Positions 23,601-43,907 of a stretch of DNA of 64,000 nucleotides are shown here, piece after piece. Position numbers and translations under genes: made by a program. The stretch is from Balanoglossus misakiensis (Eukaryota > Animalia > Hemichordata). The notes under the pieces were generated by a model. The model had not been told where the DNA came from, ran no database searches, and saw nothing but the letters and a program-made list of their open reading frames with translations. The stretch covers positions 7,500,849 through 7,564,848 of the forward strand of contig CM082583.2 in NCBI GenBank assembly GCA_040954595.2, read 5' to 3'. Each line of letters starts with the position of its first letter. Position 1 is the first letter of the stretch.

Positions 23601-26600
23601 CCGCTACCGGAGTTTCTCTGTCGGACAAAACACCAATCAGAGCGGAGCACACTTCCTCGGGATTGGTTGCATCCGCACCAAGGAACTCCACGACAGCTCC
23701 AATAATGGCGTCGAAGGAAAGCCAGTCCTCTTCCCACTCGGGTATACCAGGGGACACAACTCCACACTCTACCATCAGCGCTTTCAGCTCATCGCTCTGC
23801 AGCATGCCGCACACGCCACCGATCATCTCACCAAACGCGTCATCTGAGTCAACCACGTGATCGAGCATGCCACAAACTAAAACAGCACCATCGAGAATAT
23901 TGTCCACCCTTAAAAGCATAGCACCCATTGCAAGTGCATCTAAGATTTCCATTTCAGGTAGCATTTTGTCTGACTGGAGCTCAGAATCCATATCGGAGGC
24001 GTGACCGGTCAACGATGTTATAGCTGCGCACAATTCATCCACTGAAGAAAACCCGAGCATGCTGAAATCTATCATTTCATAAAATTCGTCGTTTATTTGA
24101 CCTATGACCGATGTGCACGTGTCCATCGTCAAGGCCATATCCATGAGTCTTGTTTTCATCTGCGTCACCATGCCTTCTGCCGCGGAGGGATCTGCATCTT
24201 CGTGCGTTGCCTCCATCACGCCCTTGCAGAGTTGATCTGCGTCCTCATATCCGCCGATTGCACTGAAAACAACACCCATGATGTGACCGTAGTCAAACAT
24301 CTTCTGGTGTTCCGCGTCATCTTCGGAGCCGTCGCTTCTCTCTTCTCCACCCCGACAAATCCCGGCTCCTGTGCGTAGATTCATCGACAGCACGTGGTCC
24401 AGGATTTCACTGATGTGGTGAATAAGTGGCGTTTGTGGTTCTGACAACATGTGGACGGCGGGACAAAGTAGGACATTGTCCGTTTCTTCGAGATCAAAGT
24501 TCCTCAGGTGTCTCAGTGTTTCAACTATTTCATTGAATGGCAGCATTTCTAACCAGCCGAAGTCGGTTGTGTCTGGCCAGTCCATACTTTCGCTATCGCT
24601 GTCTTGTTCGTCTGTTGCATGCTCACTGCATTGTTCAGTTAAACTTCTCAACTCATCACATTCGACAATGCCGCAAACTTGTCGGACAATTTCATGTGTA
24701 CTGAGTGATTTGCCGACCGTGCTACAGAGGAGAAGAGCGCCTTCATATAAATTGTCTACACTTGAAAGTTGACTACCCACTTTCAGTACAGACATCACTG
24801 GCAGTCCGGGTATTATTTCACCAGGTGCAAAGAATGACGAATCGACGCCGGTTTCAGAATCACCTGTGGAAGTCAACTCTGCACAAAGTTCATCGATGGA
24901 GCTGAACCCCAGCTCACTCACGTCCAGCATTCCATCAAAACCCTCGTTGATTCCGTTCAGCACAGAAGCGCACGTTTCTTCGTCCGAAACCACGCCCATA
25001 ATTCTTGCCTTCAGGTGCATTACCATGTCGGCCAGAACTGATTCATCCGCTGTTGCCTCCAGAGTGTGGAGACACAGTTGATCGACGTCTTCGTAGCCAC
25101 CGAGAGCAGTGAAGAAGACACCCATCATATCAGCAACATCGAAATCTGCTTCACCAATACTTTCTGACTGATCGGCAAGAACATCTTTGTCATTGTCACT
25201 GCTGTCATGCCCTTGACACAGCACACCTCCCAGATGTACATTGGTTGCCAGCGCATAGTTTAAAATCATGTCCACGTGAGCGCTTATAGACAGATGTTTG
25301 TCTGTGAGAACACTATTGACCACCGGACAAACCATCTCGGTCACATCAAAGCCAAGCAAACCCGAGACCATCGCAGATATTTTGTCGAATGTCAAAGATT
25401 CAAAGTCTGTAAAATCTATAGCTGCGCTAAGTATGGCTTCAATCATAGACGTGTCAAGTGGGATGGCGTTAAAGATGCTGTCGATCCACGAGAGGGGGGC
25501 AGTGCCATTTTTGCCGTGGACAGCATCCTCACACTGTCTGATAAGAAATTCGACATGGTCATTTCTCATCAATTTACATATTTCTCCAGCCATGCCACCG
25601 GCAATCTCCTCCATGCTAATTATTTCACCAAAGGCGTCACAGACCATAACGGCACCATCATAAACAGTTTCAACATTCAACATGTGCCCAACAACTTTGA
25701 TCATATCATTGACACCCAAACCGGGTAAATAACCACCATGATGGGATCCGAAAAAATCCCGGTCAGACATAGATGAAGGATTCATTGATGGAAGTTCCAA
25801 TTCAAGACTGGAGCCGGGGTCAGTTGCCGATGTCAATACCATGCACAACTCATCAATGGAAGCAAAACCCAGTTCACTAACATCCAACATGCCGCCAAAT
25901 CCTTCATTTATCCCATTCAAGACAGAAGAACACGTTTCTAGGGATCGAAGGACTCCCATGATTCTTGCCTTGAAATGCATGGCCATATCCTCGACGTGTG
26001 AAGGGTCTGCGGCGTCGGCCGTTGCCTCTGTGACGTCAAGACAGAGCTGGGTCATGTCGTCATAGCCACCAATAGCAGTGAGAACGACACCCGCCATAAG
26101 ACCGAAGTCAACATCTCCTTCTGCAAAACTGTCTGAGAAACTTGGCATTTTATGATCGCTGGAACTCTCATCAACCAAAATCCCGTGGCAGAGAACAGCG
26201 CCGAGATGGATTTTAGTTATAAGAGTATGCTCTAGAACTTTATCCACGTACTGCAGAACAGACGCGTCTCTGTTGGACAGAATATGAAGCACTGCGGGAC
26301 ACATCATTCCGGTGTCCTCCATGTCGATGCCAAGCAAACCTGAGACAGTTTCTAGTATCATATCAAAAGGCAACCAGTCAAACAGCCACCCGCCTTCACT
26401 GCCATATTCACTGTCGCCTTCACCCGCCAGTTCTCTGCACTGGTCTGTGAAGGCACCAACATCATCCCTCAATATCAAACCACACATCGCTCCTATCATC
26501 TGACCGTCAAATTCGTCCATAGCCATCAAATCGCCGAAATGTTCACAAAATATAACGGCACTGTCGTAGATGTTGTCAACTTTCAACATTTTGCCGTATG

Positions 26601-28335
26601 CATGTACTAAGTCGACGATCTCGAAGCCTGGCCAAAACGAGCCCTCGGAGAAAGAGGCAGACGGTAGAGACGATCGCCCGACTGACGACATTTCAAAATC
26701 AACACTGGAGTCCGGATCGACCGCTGATGCCAGAACGGCACACAGCTCGTCGATGGAAGCAAACCCAAAGTGGGTGACATCCAGCATGCCACCGAAGCCC
26801 TCGTTGATTCTGTTCAGAACGGAGGAGCAATGGTCAGAACCGTGCATGACACCCATGATTCTCGTCTTGTAATGCATCACCAACGCTTCCTTCGCCGAAG
26901 AATCTGAGTCATCAGCTGCCTCCGTGAGATCGCTACAGAGGGCGGCTTTGTCTTCATAGTCCCCGAGTGCAGTGAGAACAACCGTCATGATGTAGCCGAT
27001 GTCAACTTCTCCCTCTGAACCAGATTCGCCTAAGAGATCAGACCAACCGTCGATAAAACTATCATTGCCCACAATGCCCCGACAGAGAGCTGCACCTGTT
27101 TTTAAATTGGATCCAAGTACAAGGTCTAACATTTTGTCCATGTACTTAGCGACTGAACTGTGTTTGTCGGTCAGAATGTGACCAACTACTGGACATAGAA
27201 TGGTTGGATTGGACATATCAAACCCGAGAAAATTCGACATCATGTCCATCATGGCGCCCAACGGAAGCCAATCAAATGGCCACCCACCGCCCATTTTACC
27301 AGGCCACCAGACATTTCCAATATTATCAAGTATCATCGCTTCACACTGATCGACCAGATCGTCCATGTCACCCTCCTCAATCAAATCGCAAACGCCTTTG
27401 ACCATTTCACCGCCAAATTCGTCCATACCCATAATCTCGCCGGCTGCTTCACATAACATGGCAGCACCACCCATGACATTTTCAGCATCTAACATAGCCT
27501 TGCCTGATCTGAGCGCCCGTAAAATTGCTAATGCGGGCATCATCAGATCTGAGTGTGATTCGTCAGAGAAAGACATGTCACTGTCTAAGTAGGAGCCCCA
27601 TTCTTCCATCGATGTCATTGCTGAGCATAATTCGTCAACTGAGCCTATACCAAGTTCGTTGAGGTCTAGCATCCCTTTTAACTCGTCATTAATATCATGT
27701 AAAACCGATGAGCATACCTCCTGCGACTGGATTGCGTCCATGATTCTGGCCATACAGTGCGATGCCATAATATCTTCCATGGACATGTCTGCGTTTTCGG
27801 CCATTAATTCTGTGATGTTTTGGCACAGTTTCTCGGTGTCGTTGTGTCCTCCTATTGCGACTAGAAGGCCTGGAAACAAGCGATCGAATTCGTATTCGCC
27901 GGGGAATTTGTCTGATGCGTCCGACATGCCAAACGAATCACTTTCACTCTTCTCCAAATCAGATCCATGGCAACGTTCGCCCGCCATCTTTGCCAGGTGG
28001 CGAAATGTCCGATCGACCATGTCACCCACTAACAGCTTAATTGGTGTTTTTGTATCCGACATCAGTCCAGCGAGCCCTTCGCAGATCTCTCGGGGCTTGC
28101 TTAAGCTGAAGCCCAGCCTTTCCGTGACGGGTCCCAGGAGTGAACTCAATGGGAACTCCTCGTTGAGGCCAAACCGGTGCATCAATAATTCAAGCAGTGA
28201 AATCCATTCGTGCTCTGATCGACCGTAAGAATCACTGCCTACGAAACTGCCGTCGCTCCCATCGCTGTCTCCATTGATGACGTCCGGGATTGCCAGGCAA
28301 AATGCCGCGATGATTAGTACTCGTAACATTCTCAT
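11649..28335 (-). CDS. Single-pass REJ-like/GPS(GAIN) receptor-like protein with novel N-terminal repeat ectodomain, paralog B (polycystin-1/suREJ-like architecture)
   Basis: Signal peptide MRMLRVLIIAAFCLAIP; exon 1 is 22800-28335. Cys-rich exons lie at 22305-22595, 21995-22162, ~21607-21751 and 21322-21427. An IPT/TIG-like exon lies at ~20988-21132. Beta-rich REJ-like exons span ~15400-20190 (e.g. APNLESAQFSNNGAAIKVTFD, PLVALIRGS...LEIDGSYSEDPD...YSWTC). The GPS exon is 14293-14517, mini-exons are 13937-13966 and 12624-12674, and the last exon 11649-12403 contains the TM IGVIIGAAVGGIVVVAVVTIIIAAVLIM followed by KGKK. REJ is assigned from remembered motif style, not a profile search. Confidence 0.85.
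13011..13236. repeat. Intronic ~114-bp direct duplication, possibly part of a transposon remnant
   Basis: ttgagaaaaa(a)taggcaatatccctgattttcaggtactgggtccccgtgcatggtatgtca...ggcggagactaggtcac.tgtcatatgcgcata occurs at ~13011 and ~13125 with few differences. Confidence 0.85.
14293..14517 (-). other. GPS motif (GAIN-domain autoproteolysis site) exon
   Basis: CKYWDEDTNAWSTDGV...IECHVTHL|SEFSVF matches the GPS consensus C-x-x-W...W...G-C...C-x-C-x-H-L-[T/S]-x-F, with the H-L-S cleavage residues intact. Confidence 0.9.
19432..19540. repeat. Intronic 40-bp tandem repeat (~2.7 copies)
   Basis: tatacacgtggccggtcaccaaggttcttagatagg(a/g)ttt repeats at 19432, 19472 and 19512. Confidence 0.9.
22850..28150 (-). 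repeat. Six diverged copies of the ~300-aa 8-Cys acidic domain within exon 1 of paralog B
   Basis: Unit starts: LGFSLSKPREICE, LGFDMSNPTILCP, LGIDMEDTGMMCP, LGFDVTEMVCP, RNFDLEETDNVLLCP, LGADATNPEEVCS. Shared motifs include AIGGYxDxxxLC, MKARxM, INExFxGMLDxxxLGFxSxDELC and YDGAVxxC. Confidence 0.9.
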
Positions 28336-28607
28336 GTTCTTGTCAGCAGATTATTCCATCTGCTCTGTCCAACACCCTTAAGGACGTCCAGATTTTAAAT
28401 CTAGACACCGCTTGACGCAATTCACACCACGACAAGTGTACGTGATACTGCCTGGCTTTCTTTTTATTGGTTGCGCAGCTCTTAGTCATGTGACTGAAAC
28501 CACGGCCTTCAAAGACTAAACGCAAATGATGAAGACGGCGATAAAATGTCTGATATGACAGCCTAAAGCCGGGCAAATAATTCAAGCTATTCACATCCAT
28601 TTACTTG

Positions 28608-28668
28608 TGACGTCACCACCTTGTCCAATGACACCGGTATTGTCTCGGAGAAAGCATGCCGCCATCTT
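28608..28668. promoter_or_regulatory. CRE palindrome plus YY1-like site upstream of paralog B start
   Basis: TGACGTCA at 28608-28615 and GCCGCCATCTT at 28658-28668, 270-330 bp upstream of the ATG at 28335. Confidence 0.45.
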
Positions 28669-31453
28669 CCCGCAAACGTAGACTCGTAACTATGTGATTA
28701 CGTAAGACATTTAATGTAATATTAGTATAACGGTGTTGGAAATACTCGGCGATACCGTTCAGTGACAGTCGCCGAGAGAATTAACGTTGGCATGGTTCCA
28801 AAAAGAAAGTAGTGTCCAAGGTGCAGATATCATAGGCTAACATTTTGTTTGCAGTGGCAAAATGAATTAGAGTTATTTATCGAACGATTTGTGCTGTTAG
28901 AAGATATTTACTGGGTGCCGTTGACCTGTAAGCGAGCTTGATAGCATAGATAGTAGAATCTCATTTTCGAAATCATATTTATCCCATTGAGCAAGTACTA
29001 AAATAAATGAGCGGGTGTTTGGAGCTCATTGCGCGTTCAAATTTAATATTTTTCTAGACACCGTTCATGTTGATCTAACGGACTGCCCGTAATTGATTAA
29101 ATGCTGAAAGTGTTTGCCAACTTGGACTGTTTTTTCAATATACTGCATCACGTGTTAGCAAGATTGTTTGGTCGCGGCTAATCTGCAGTCAAGTCTTTGA
29201 CAGTAACGGTGACCATCGCAGGCTGCCATTACAAACAAGGATCTCACCCAACTTTCTGCGAGGCAAATTTTGAGTTTCGAGAGTATAGTGACTGTATGGA
29301 AATCCTTTCATTAAACTCCTGAAGCCTTTTGAATCCTGACAGCTTGGTCACGAACAATCTGATTAAAATCAACTGTAGCTATAGAGATAGGCGGCGTCTT
29401 TACCTTTGCTTGGTCTCTGTTGATCGCGTTCTGCGAGCAAAGGGCTATCTCTACATCCGATTTTAATCTGATTGAATAAAGTGAGAGTCCCAATGCTGAA
29501 GGTAACTTAGTACTTATGAAGTGCCCTGTGCAGAAGTGAAGAAAAGTTGTGTTTGGGGTCTGTGCCCTCTGCCTTTAATCTCGCAGGAAACAGGAAAGTT
29601 GATTGGGACAGTTTAGACATGACAGTGCAAAGGTCAGATCGTCATCATGAATATCATCATCCGATTCAGAAGGGTGGATTATCCCATAATCTTAATCCGC
29701 TTTACAATGCATCTGCAGCCTGTAAGCATTCGACAGAATAACCGCCATGTCCCAATATGAAAAACAGCGTCACCTCACGCAGGCCTTGGTCCGGAAGTTG
29801 AAATTGGACTGCATCCGCTGTGGTATTCGTCCATAGCAGTCTGCGGGCATGAGCCCTAATCGCCGACGGCTATGTTTTACGTCGTTTTTGCTGGTATTAT
29901 GGAAACAGGTCCAATACAGTGCCCTGGGTTCAACAACCTTTTACACATGTATAAGGTTCAACAACCTTTTATGTAAGGAAGAGGGTGCTGGTTTGCAGAT
30001 TGTTTTGTTTTATTTATATAAGCAGTATGCGAGAAAGTGACAAACCTTGCCGTCAGATTGACCATGATTAATTAATTATTAATTAATTATTATAGCTGAT
30101 TTAATTTCGCCATGAACATGTATACAACTTGCTACCTTCTGGTTGGCAACTCCTTCATTCGACTCGTTTGTTATGCCGTATTTTGGTGGTAACTGTTTGC
30201 GTCATCTATTCTTGTGGCAACTACGTAAGCAGTTCCAGTCGACGACGACATTGGTCTAAAAATAGTTAAACAATGCAAAAAGTTTTGTAAGGTGTCAGTC
30301 AAGCATGCCGATGGCCGAAAAACAATCATAATTTCCATAACAATAGAAGTAATCATTGTCTCTTTGTGTGTCGTTGTGACGAAGCGGCCTGGATAGAGGC
30401 AAAGTTCACGGGTCTTTACGCAACTTTCCATTTCATGCATCTGTATAATAGATAGTGAGTCATTATTAGGCCTAAGTATTCTTTTTTCTCTAAAGCGCCA
30501 CCAAAAGTGTCTTCACAATTTTTTTATGATTGAGTCATTTTAAATATTTGGTCACCTGTCTGTTCCCGACACTTATCGACAAATACATTGAAACAAACGA
30601 CATCAAACATGGAAGGGGCATATAGTGAAATTTCCAGCAACAAATCGTGAGATACCCTTGATTTTCCGACCACTAAAACTATGTTTTGCCGATCAATCTT
30701 CTTTATGCCCAGCCGGGAAGAAGACTAACCAAACCCAGCCAACAAATGTGTGACTTGTTTTCTACCAACGGTTTATTCTTTAAAATAGATATCTTCGGCG
30801 AAGTACTGCTCAACCCGGCGAAAGTTCACGTACGGGCGCTAATGGATATGACTGAAAGTATTAAAGAAAAAAAAGCGGACGTGTGGTTTCCATGGCCTGT
30901 GTACTTTCCGGGTCTCAGACAAATACACGGTCCCAGGCACCCGCCTGTTTGTCTCTATCTCTCCTGATGCTCCGTGATCGATGATTATGGAATTACACAA
31001 TGCACGCTGTACCTACTAGTATTTATTCTGGAAGACGCTCAACACGTCCGCAGACATATTCTCCCCTCAGACTGGCATTCTGGCCCGGTCCATTTACATA
31101 AGCCAGTCACGGGGGAAGTTTGGGTTCGCAGTCTCCGATATCGATTCAAAGCGCCGAAGGAGATCAGTTTTCCGTCCCTTCCACGATAAACGCATTTAGG
31201 CCCTTCTTGATGACTCTGAAACTATTTTTTTTTCGACGTTTCAGAAGAGACGAAAGCCTTGTAGACAGATTTAAAACGATCACTTCAATTTCATCGAAAG
31301 GTGATTTCAAAGTTGCTTCCCTAATCAAAATAACTAGAGTCCAATTATAGATCTGAATGAAAGTAGAATATGCATTGGGGTTTTTTTCGGGGGGGGGGGG
31401 GATATATAGAAGTCTATTTTCGTTTATAGACCTACACTTTGTTTTGGCGACAA

Positions 31454-31485
31454 TGACGTCACCCATGCTCCCATCAATGACGTCA
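31454..31485. promoter_or_regulatory. Paired full CRE sites in the divergent intergenic region
   Basis: TGACGTCA at 31454-31461 and 31478-31485, both preceded by CAA. Confidence 0.4.
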
Positions 31486-33599
31486 GCAAATCTAATAAAG
31501 GGACCCAAACAATACCAAAGGACGCAGACCTTGTAGTTCCAGACAGGCAGAGTAGATATCAGGTAATTAAAAAAACAATGGTACTTCCGTAACAATATCA
31601 CCCGGATGACAGGACAGTGTATGATTCTTGGGCCTTAAATTTTGATGAAAGGACATACGTCAATCTGAAGGATCTATTTTTAACAGGATGTCCATTTATC
31701 CTTGTAAGCACCTTTAGAACGAGAAGGGGTGGTGGGTCTTAAAGCCGGTCTCTGGTGAGCCACACTGAGTTGATTGCAGATGTTACTGGCCAGGGCAGCA
31801 GTTAAGAGGGAGCCCCCTAGAGACAGAAAGTCCTGTTTTCCAAACGTATTACTCTGACTTGCTTACAAATGCCACCGTAGGCGGCGACCGTCCAGAGACC
31901 ACATACTGGAATCATAATTCGAGTTCCCGAGGAGTGTCTTTGAGGAAATGTATTACAACAACTTTTAGTCTTCTTGGAAGAAAAAAAAAAGTGTTGTTCT
32001 GCGAAGGCAGACATTTTTTGCAGTTGGCTGGTAACACACCGCCACCCCTCCCTAAAATCCTTCATCTCATCCTCCAATAGCTAACAAGCGTTCCCCTAAA
32101 TGGCTCACTAAGCTGCGGAGACACCGTGGCAGATTGAATTTAAAACAACGATTCTCAACAACTTGGTCTTCAGTTCTGCTTTTGTAGCAAACACAATTCA
32201 TCGTGTTTACGACAAGCACAATAGATACGGAGGTAATTATCAAGAAACGACTCTGGCGCATAATTTTGACTTCCCGTCAGTCTGTTCCCTCTGTAAGTTA
32301 CGGAACGCTTTCTGCGTCAGTGATTTAATTCATTACAAGGCTGACGTATTAAGCAGATGATCGCATTCCGATCTTGTAACTTATACACTTGGTGTTTTGT
32401 TTTTGCCAACTCTCCCAAGCCAGTCGGGAACAGCCATGCTTTCCTATTTGAATGCTTCCCCATCAGCGGGGCGCAGTTGGTGACGGAATCCCAGTGTATG
32501 CTCACTGCACTTCAATTGGACGCCATGCGTTTTCGCAGATTGTTCGAATTCCATGTGCTGTGCAAGTTGTTCAAATTCCTCGCGATTAGTGACCTGGCAC
32601 ATCGCGAGAGAATGATTATTTTTGGCATCAAACATCGCGAAAATTATCTTCTGAAGTTTTTTTGTGTTAGTTCTTCTCATCCACTAGACATTGGATGAAG
32701 AACGAGACATTTGGGAATATTAATCATGAAAGCGGCATTAAAGAAGAACTTTAAAATTGATGCCACTATTAACTTTGCTAGTTTTTTTTTTTACTTTCAT
32801 GATAACCTATGTGACTCAAAAATCGTCGGCCTCAGTGGGGCACCGGCCGGGCTAGTAATAATTCTGTGGTGATAACTAGAACCTTCCTGATCCTGCTGAA
32901 GTATTATCTCACAATTTAGTTGGCTTGAACTTTATCGTACTATCTGGATGAACAGTTTAAGCAAATTTGTGGTTGATTAATTTTCATTTAATTTCGTATC
33001 TTTGACTCCGACATTGTGACTGCAGTGAAGTAGTGACCGTGAACCGAACGATATGGAACGGATCATTTATCAAAAGATTACGTCCAATCATCGCCAAGAT
33101 GCAGGCACGTGAAATCGCATAAAAGAAAAATAGTTTCCCAGCGCAAAACTACCGAGAAAGACTGATCCCGGTCTTCAGCTTTTATGCAAGAACCGTGTTC
33201 AGCAAGCCTTCGCTAGCCACTGCACAATTTCGGTTGCCACGCGAGAAAAAGCAAACCTTCCATTCACTGGAGCAGCCAAGGGAAGCCGTCTTCGGTGAGT
33301 TTTGCTAAAGAGCGGTCAGGGTATTTATTATTACAGTACTACCACCTGTTAGATTCTGTAGCTGTTTACCAAACCCTATCCAAAGTCAAAGCGCAGATGT
33401 TTTGTAGCTGTAGAGAAAACTTGCTTATGTAAAGGTTGGAGGATTGTAGTAATACTATTACATAGAATGAGTGTAGTAAATCATCTTGCTTTGGCTGATT
33501 GCTCATTTTAGTTCTAGAGACGTCAGAGGGATTTCCTGCATATATTAACATGTTCGCCTTGGCTGCGCATGCTCTGTTTAATTCCGTTAAGGCATGCGG

Positions 33600-33607
33600 T
33601 GACGTCA
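33600..33607. promoter_or_regulatory. Full CRE palindrome 185 bp upstream of the CAMK4 ATG
   Basis: GTGACGTCAC. It may lie in a 5'-UTR intron (possible donor 33295, acceptor 33710). Confidence 0.45.
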
Positions 33608-33784
33608 CATCGTTAAGGTGAATACACTGACAACAAACCCCGTACACCAATCTTTAAGTGGTCGGCCACTGGAGTTTTTCTCACTTATCGTGCGATTCCG
33701 TTGTTGACAGGTTTCACCTCAGTTTTGGAAGCTGTAGATAACTATTTGTGCCGCCTCTCGCCCCGTCCCTGTGGTATCAGCACC

Positions 33785-42036
<8,252 letters not shown>

Positions 42037-43489
42037 AACGTTTTGGAAAATTGTGCATTGATTGCCACACCATATGTCTTGTCGTGTGTTCAGGGATGAG
42101 ACGTTTCAAGCATTCTTTTTTACAGCCACTCCATATGGCTTGAACTTTACTCTTTTTGAGTGTCTCTTTACAGAAGATCGAGTCCTTCATTCATGTGTCG
42201 GACACTTTTTCTATTGCCTGCATCTTTGCATGAACTGCTGTTATTTATGATCTAATGGAGGATGGTTTATATTTGCTGTCAGATTGAGAAATCTTTCACT
42301 GCTCGGAAATAAATCAGCAGAATCTAAAAGTCACAAGCTCTGGATAAAATTATGTACCAAAGTTCATAATGGATGAAGGAAAAGTGACTAAAACTTATGT
42401 TTTTATTGATCAGTAGATTTTACATCCTGTTATAATATCTTAATTGTTTGATTTTTTCTCTTCCTGTAATTAGAAAGTCGTAGCTTTCAAGTAGTGTGGT
42501 TTGCTTTATAGGAAAAGTTGCTTTTTTGATAAGAAATTGTGTATTTTTCTTAATGTACAGAATGTCTTTTGGTGTTACCACGTCAACTTCTTTATAACAG
42601 AGCTTTGTATTTAAAAAAAGCAATATTAACAAATGCCACTTCTTTTGCACAAAGGTCTTCAGTATTTACAGAGAAATTATCTATAATCTTATTATTTTCT
42701 TCTTCTTGTATTTGCTCTTCTGAAGTAGACATGCATGCACATTATTGTAGTTTTAATATTTGTTTTATATCTTGTAATAGGGATAGAAATTCTGTGTTTA
42801 TGAAAACAAAAGCCAAAAATTTGTTATTTCCTGAAATAAATTTAACAACATATTTATATCATATCTACCCTAAATGAGGTTAAAACAATGTACATTTTGT
42901 AGGTTTATAATTTTATATACATGTATGTTGAAATGTATAGTTATGCTTGCATTTTGAGCTTTGTACTGGAAATTGTGTTTGGAAGCCTTTTTTATCTTAA
43001 AAACAGCAATAAGCTGGAGAGTCATCTTTCCTGAAAACTATGCAGATATTTGTTTACTTGAATGTCAGTGATGTCAACAATGAGGGATACATGATGGAAT
43101 GTTTTTAATAGGGGAAAACGAAATAAAAGATTTTGACTTTTAAATCGTTTTGCTGGTTATTTGACACCTATTGGTATGTGCGAATGTGGCCTCTTGTTGA
43201 TTGTAGCTGTGCGGATTGTACAAACGTTAACCCCAGACTCAAAAACAGCAGACGCCATTTGACCTTTTGTGTTCGGTAAATCGTGATTTGTGGATCAGTT
43301 ACATATGATCCTACAGATCCAGTTACGCAGGTTGCCTCACAACTAAATAGGGATTCATCATAATTTTGAAAAACCGACGGAACTACTGTGAAATTATTAG
43401 AAACTGCTTGAAAGGTGCATGTAAACATACCTCTATGCGACGTCTGCTAGGATTGTTGACAGTTGACATGACGACGACGCCCTCAACCA

Positions 43490-43600
43490 GCCAATTTCAT
43501 TGGCCGCCAACATCTACGCATGCGTTGCGTAGCCATTACAAAAATCCCGCGAAATTGGGAATCCACTTCCGCGTTTGGGAAAACTGGCTGATTTTCCGCA
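43490..43600 (+). promoter_or_regulatory. Putative TIPIN promoter with CCAAT boxes, NRF1-like and E2F-like sites
   Basis: agCCAATttcATTGGc at ~43490, ACGCATGCGT at ~43516 and CCCGCGAAA at ~43546, in a CpG-rich stretch upstream of a replication gene. Confidence 0.4.
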
Positions 43601-43907
43601 ATATTCGGACAGGTTAGCCTGTAAAAACACCCACTGTGTATTGGTAAGGTACCACCGTTACTTCTGTTCTCGCGTAGTCAGTCGTGTTGCCGTAAACTTC
43701 GTTGGGTGAGTGGTTCTCGATCTTGTTTGTCAATGGCTGGCTATACAAGTATCCTGGTACATGGTACACCATCCTTGTATCCTCATATCACTGCGAAACT
43801 TGAAGCAACCTAGGAAAGTTTATCAATCGAGTTTCATGTTTCAGAGACATGGTCACCTCAATTTTAAAGTTTTTTATTAGCGAAGTTTTATTCAAATTCC
43901 AGACAAA

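Noticed and set aside
28343-33700. Short ORFs in the paralog B-CAMK4 intergenic region (e.g. 31164-31601)
   Set aside because: No recognisable motifs and no consistent splice chain; some cross homopolymer runs.
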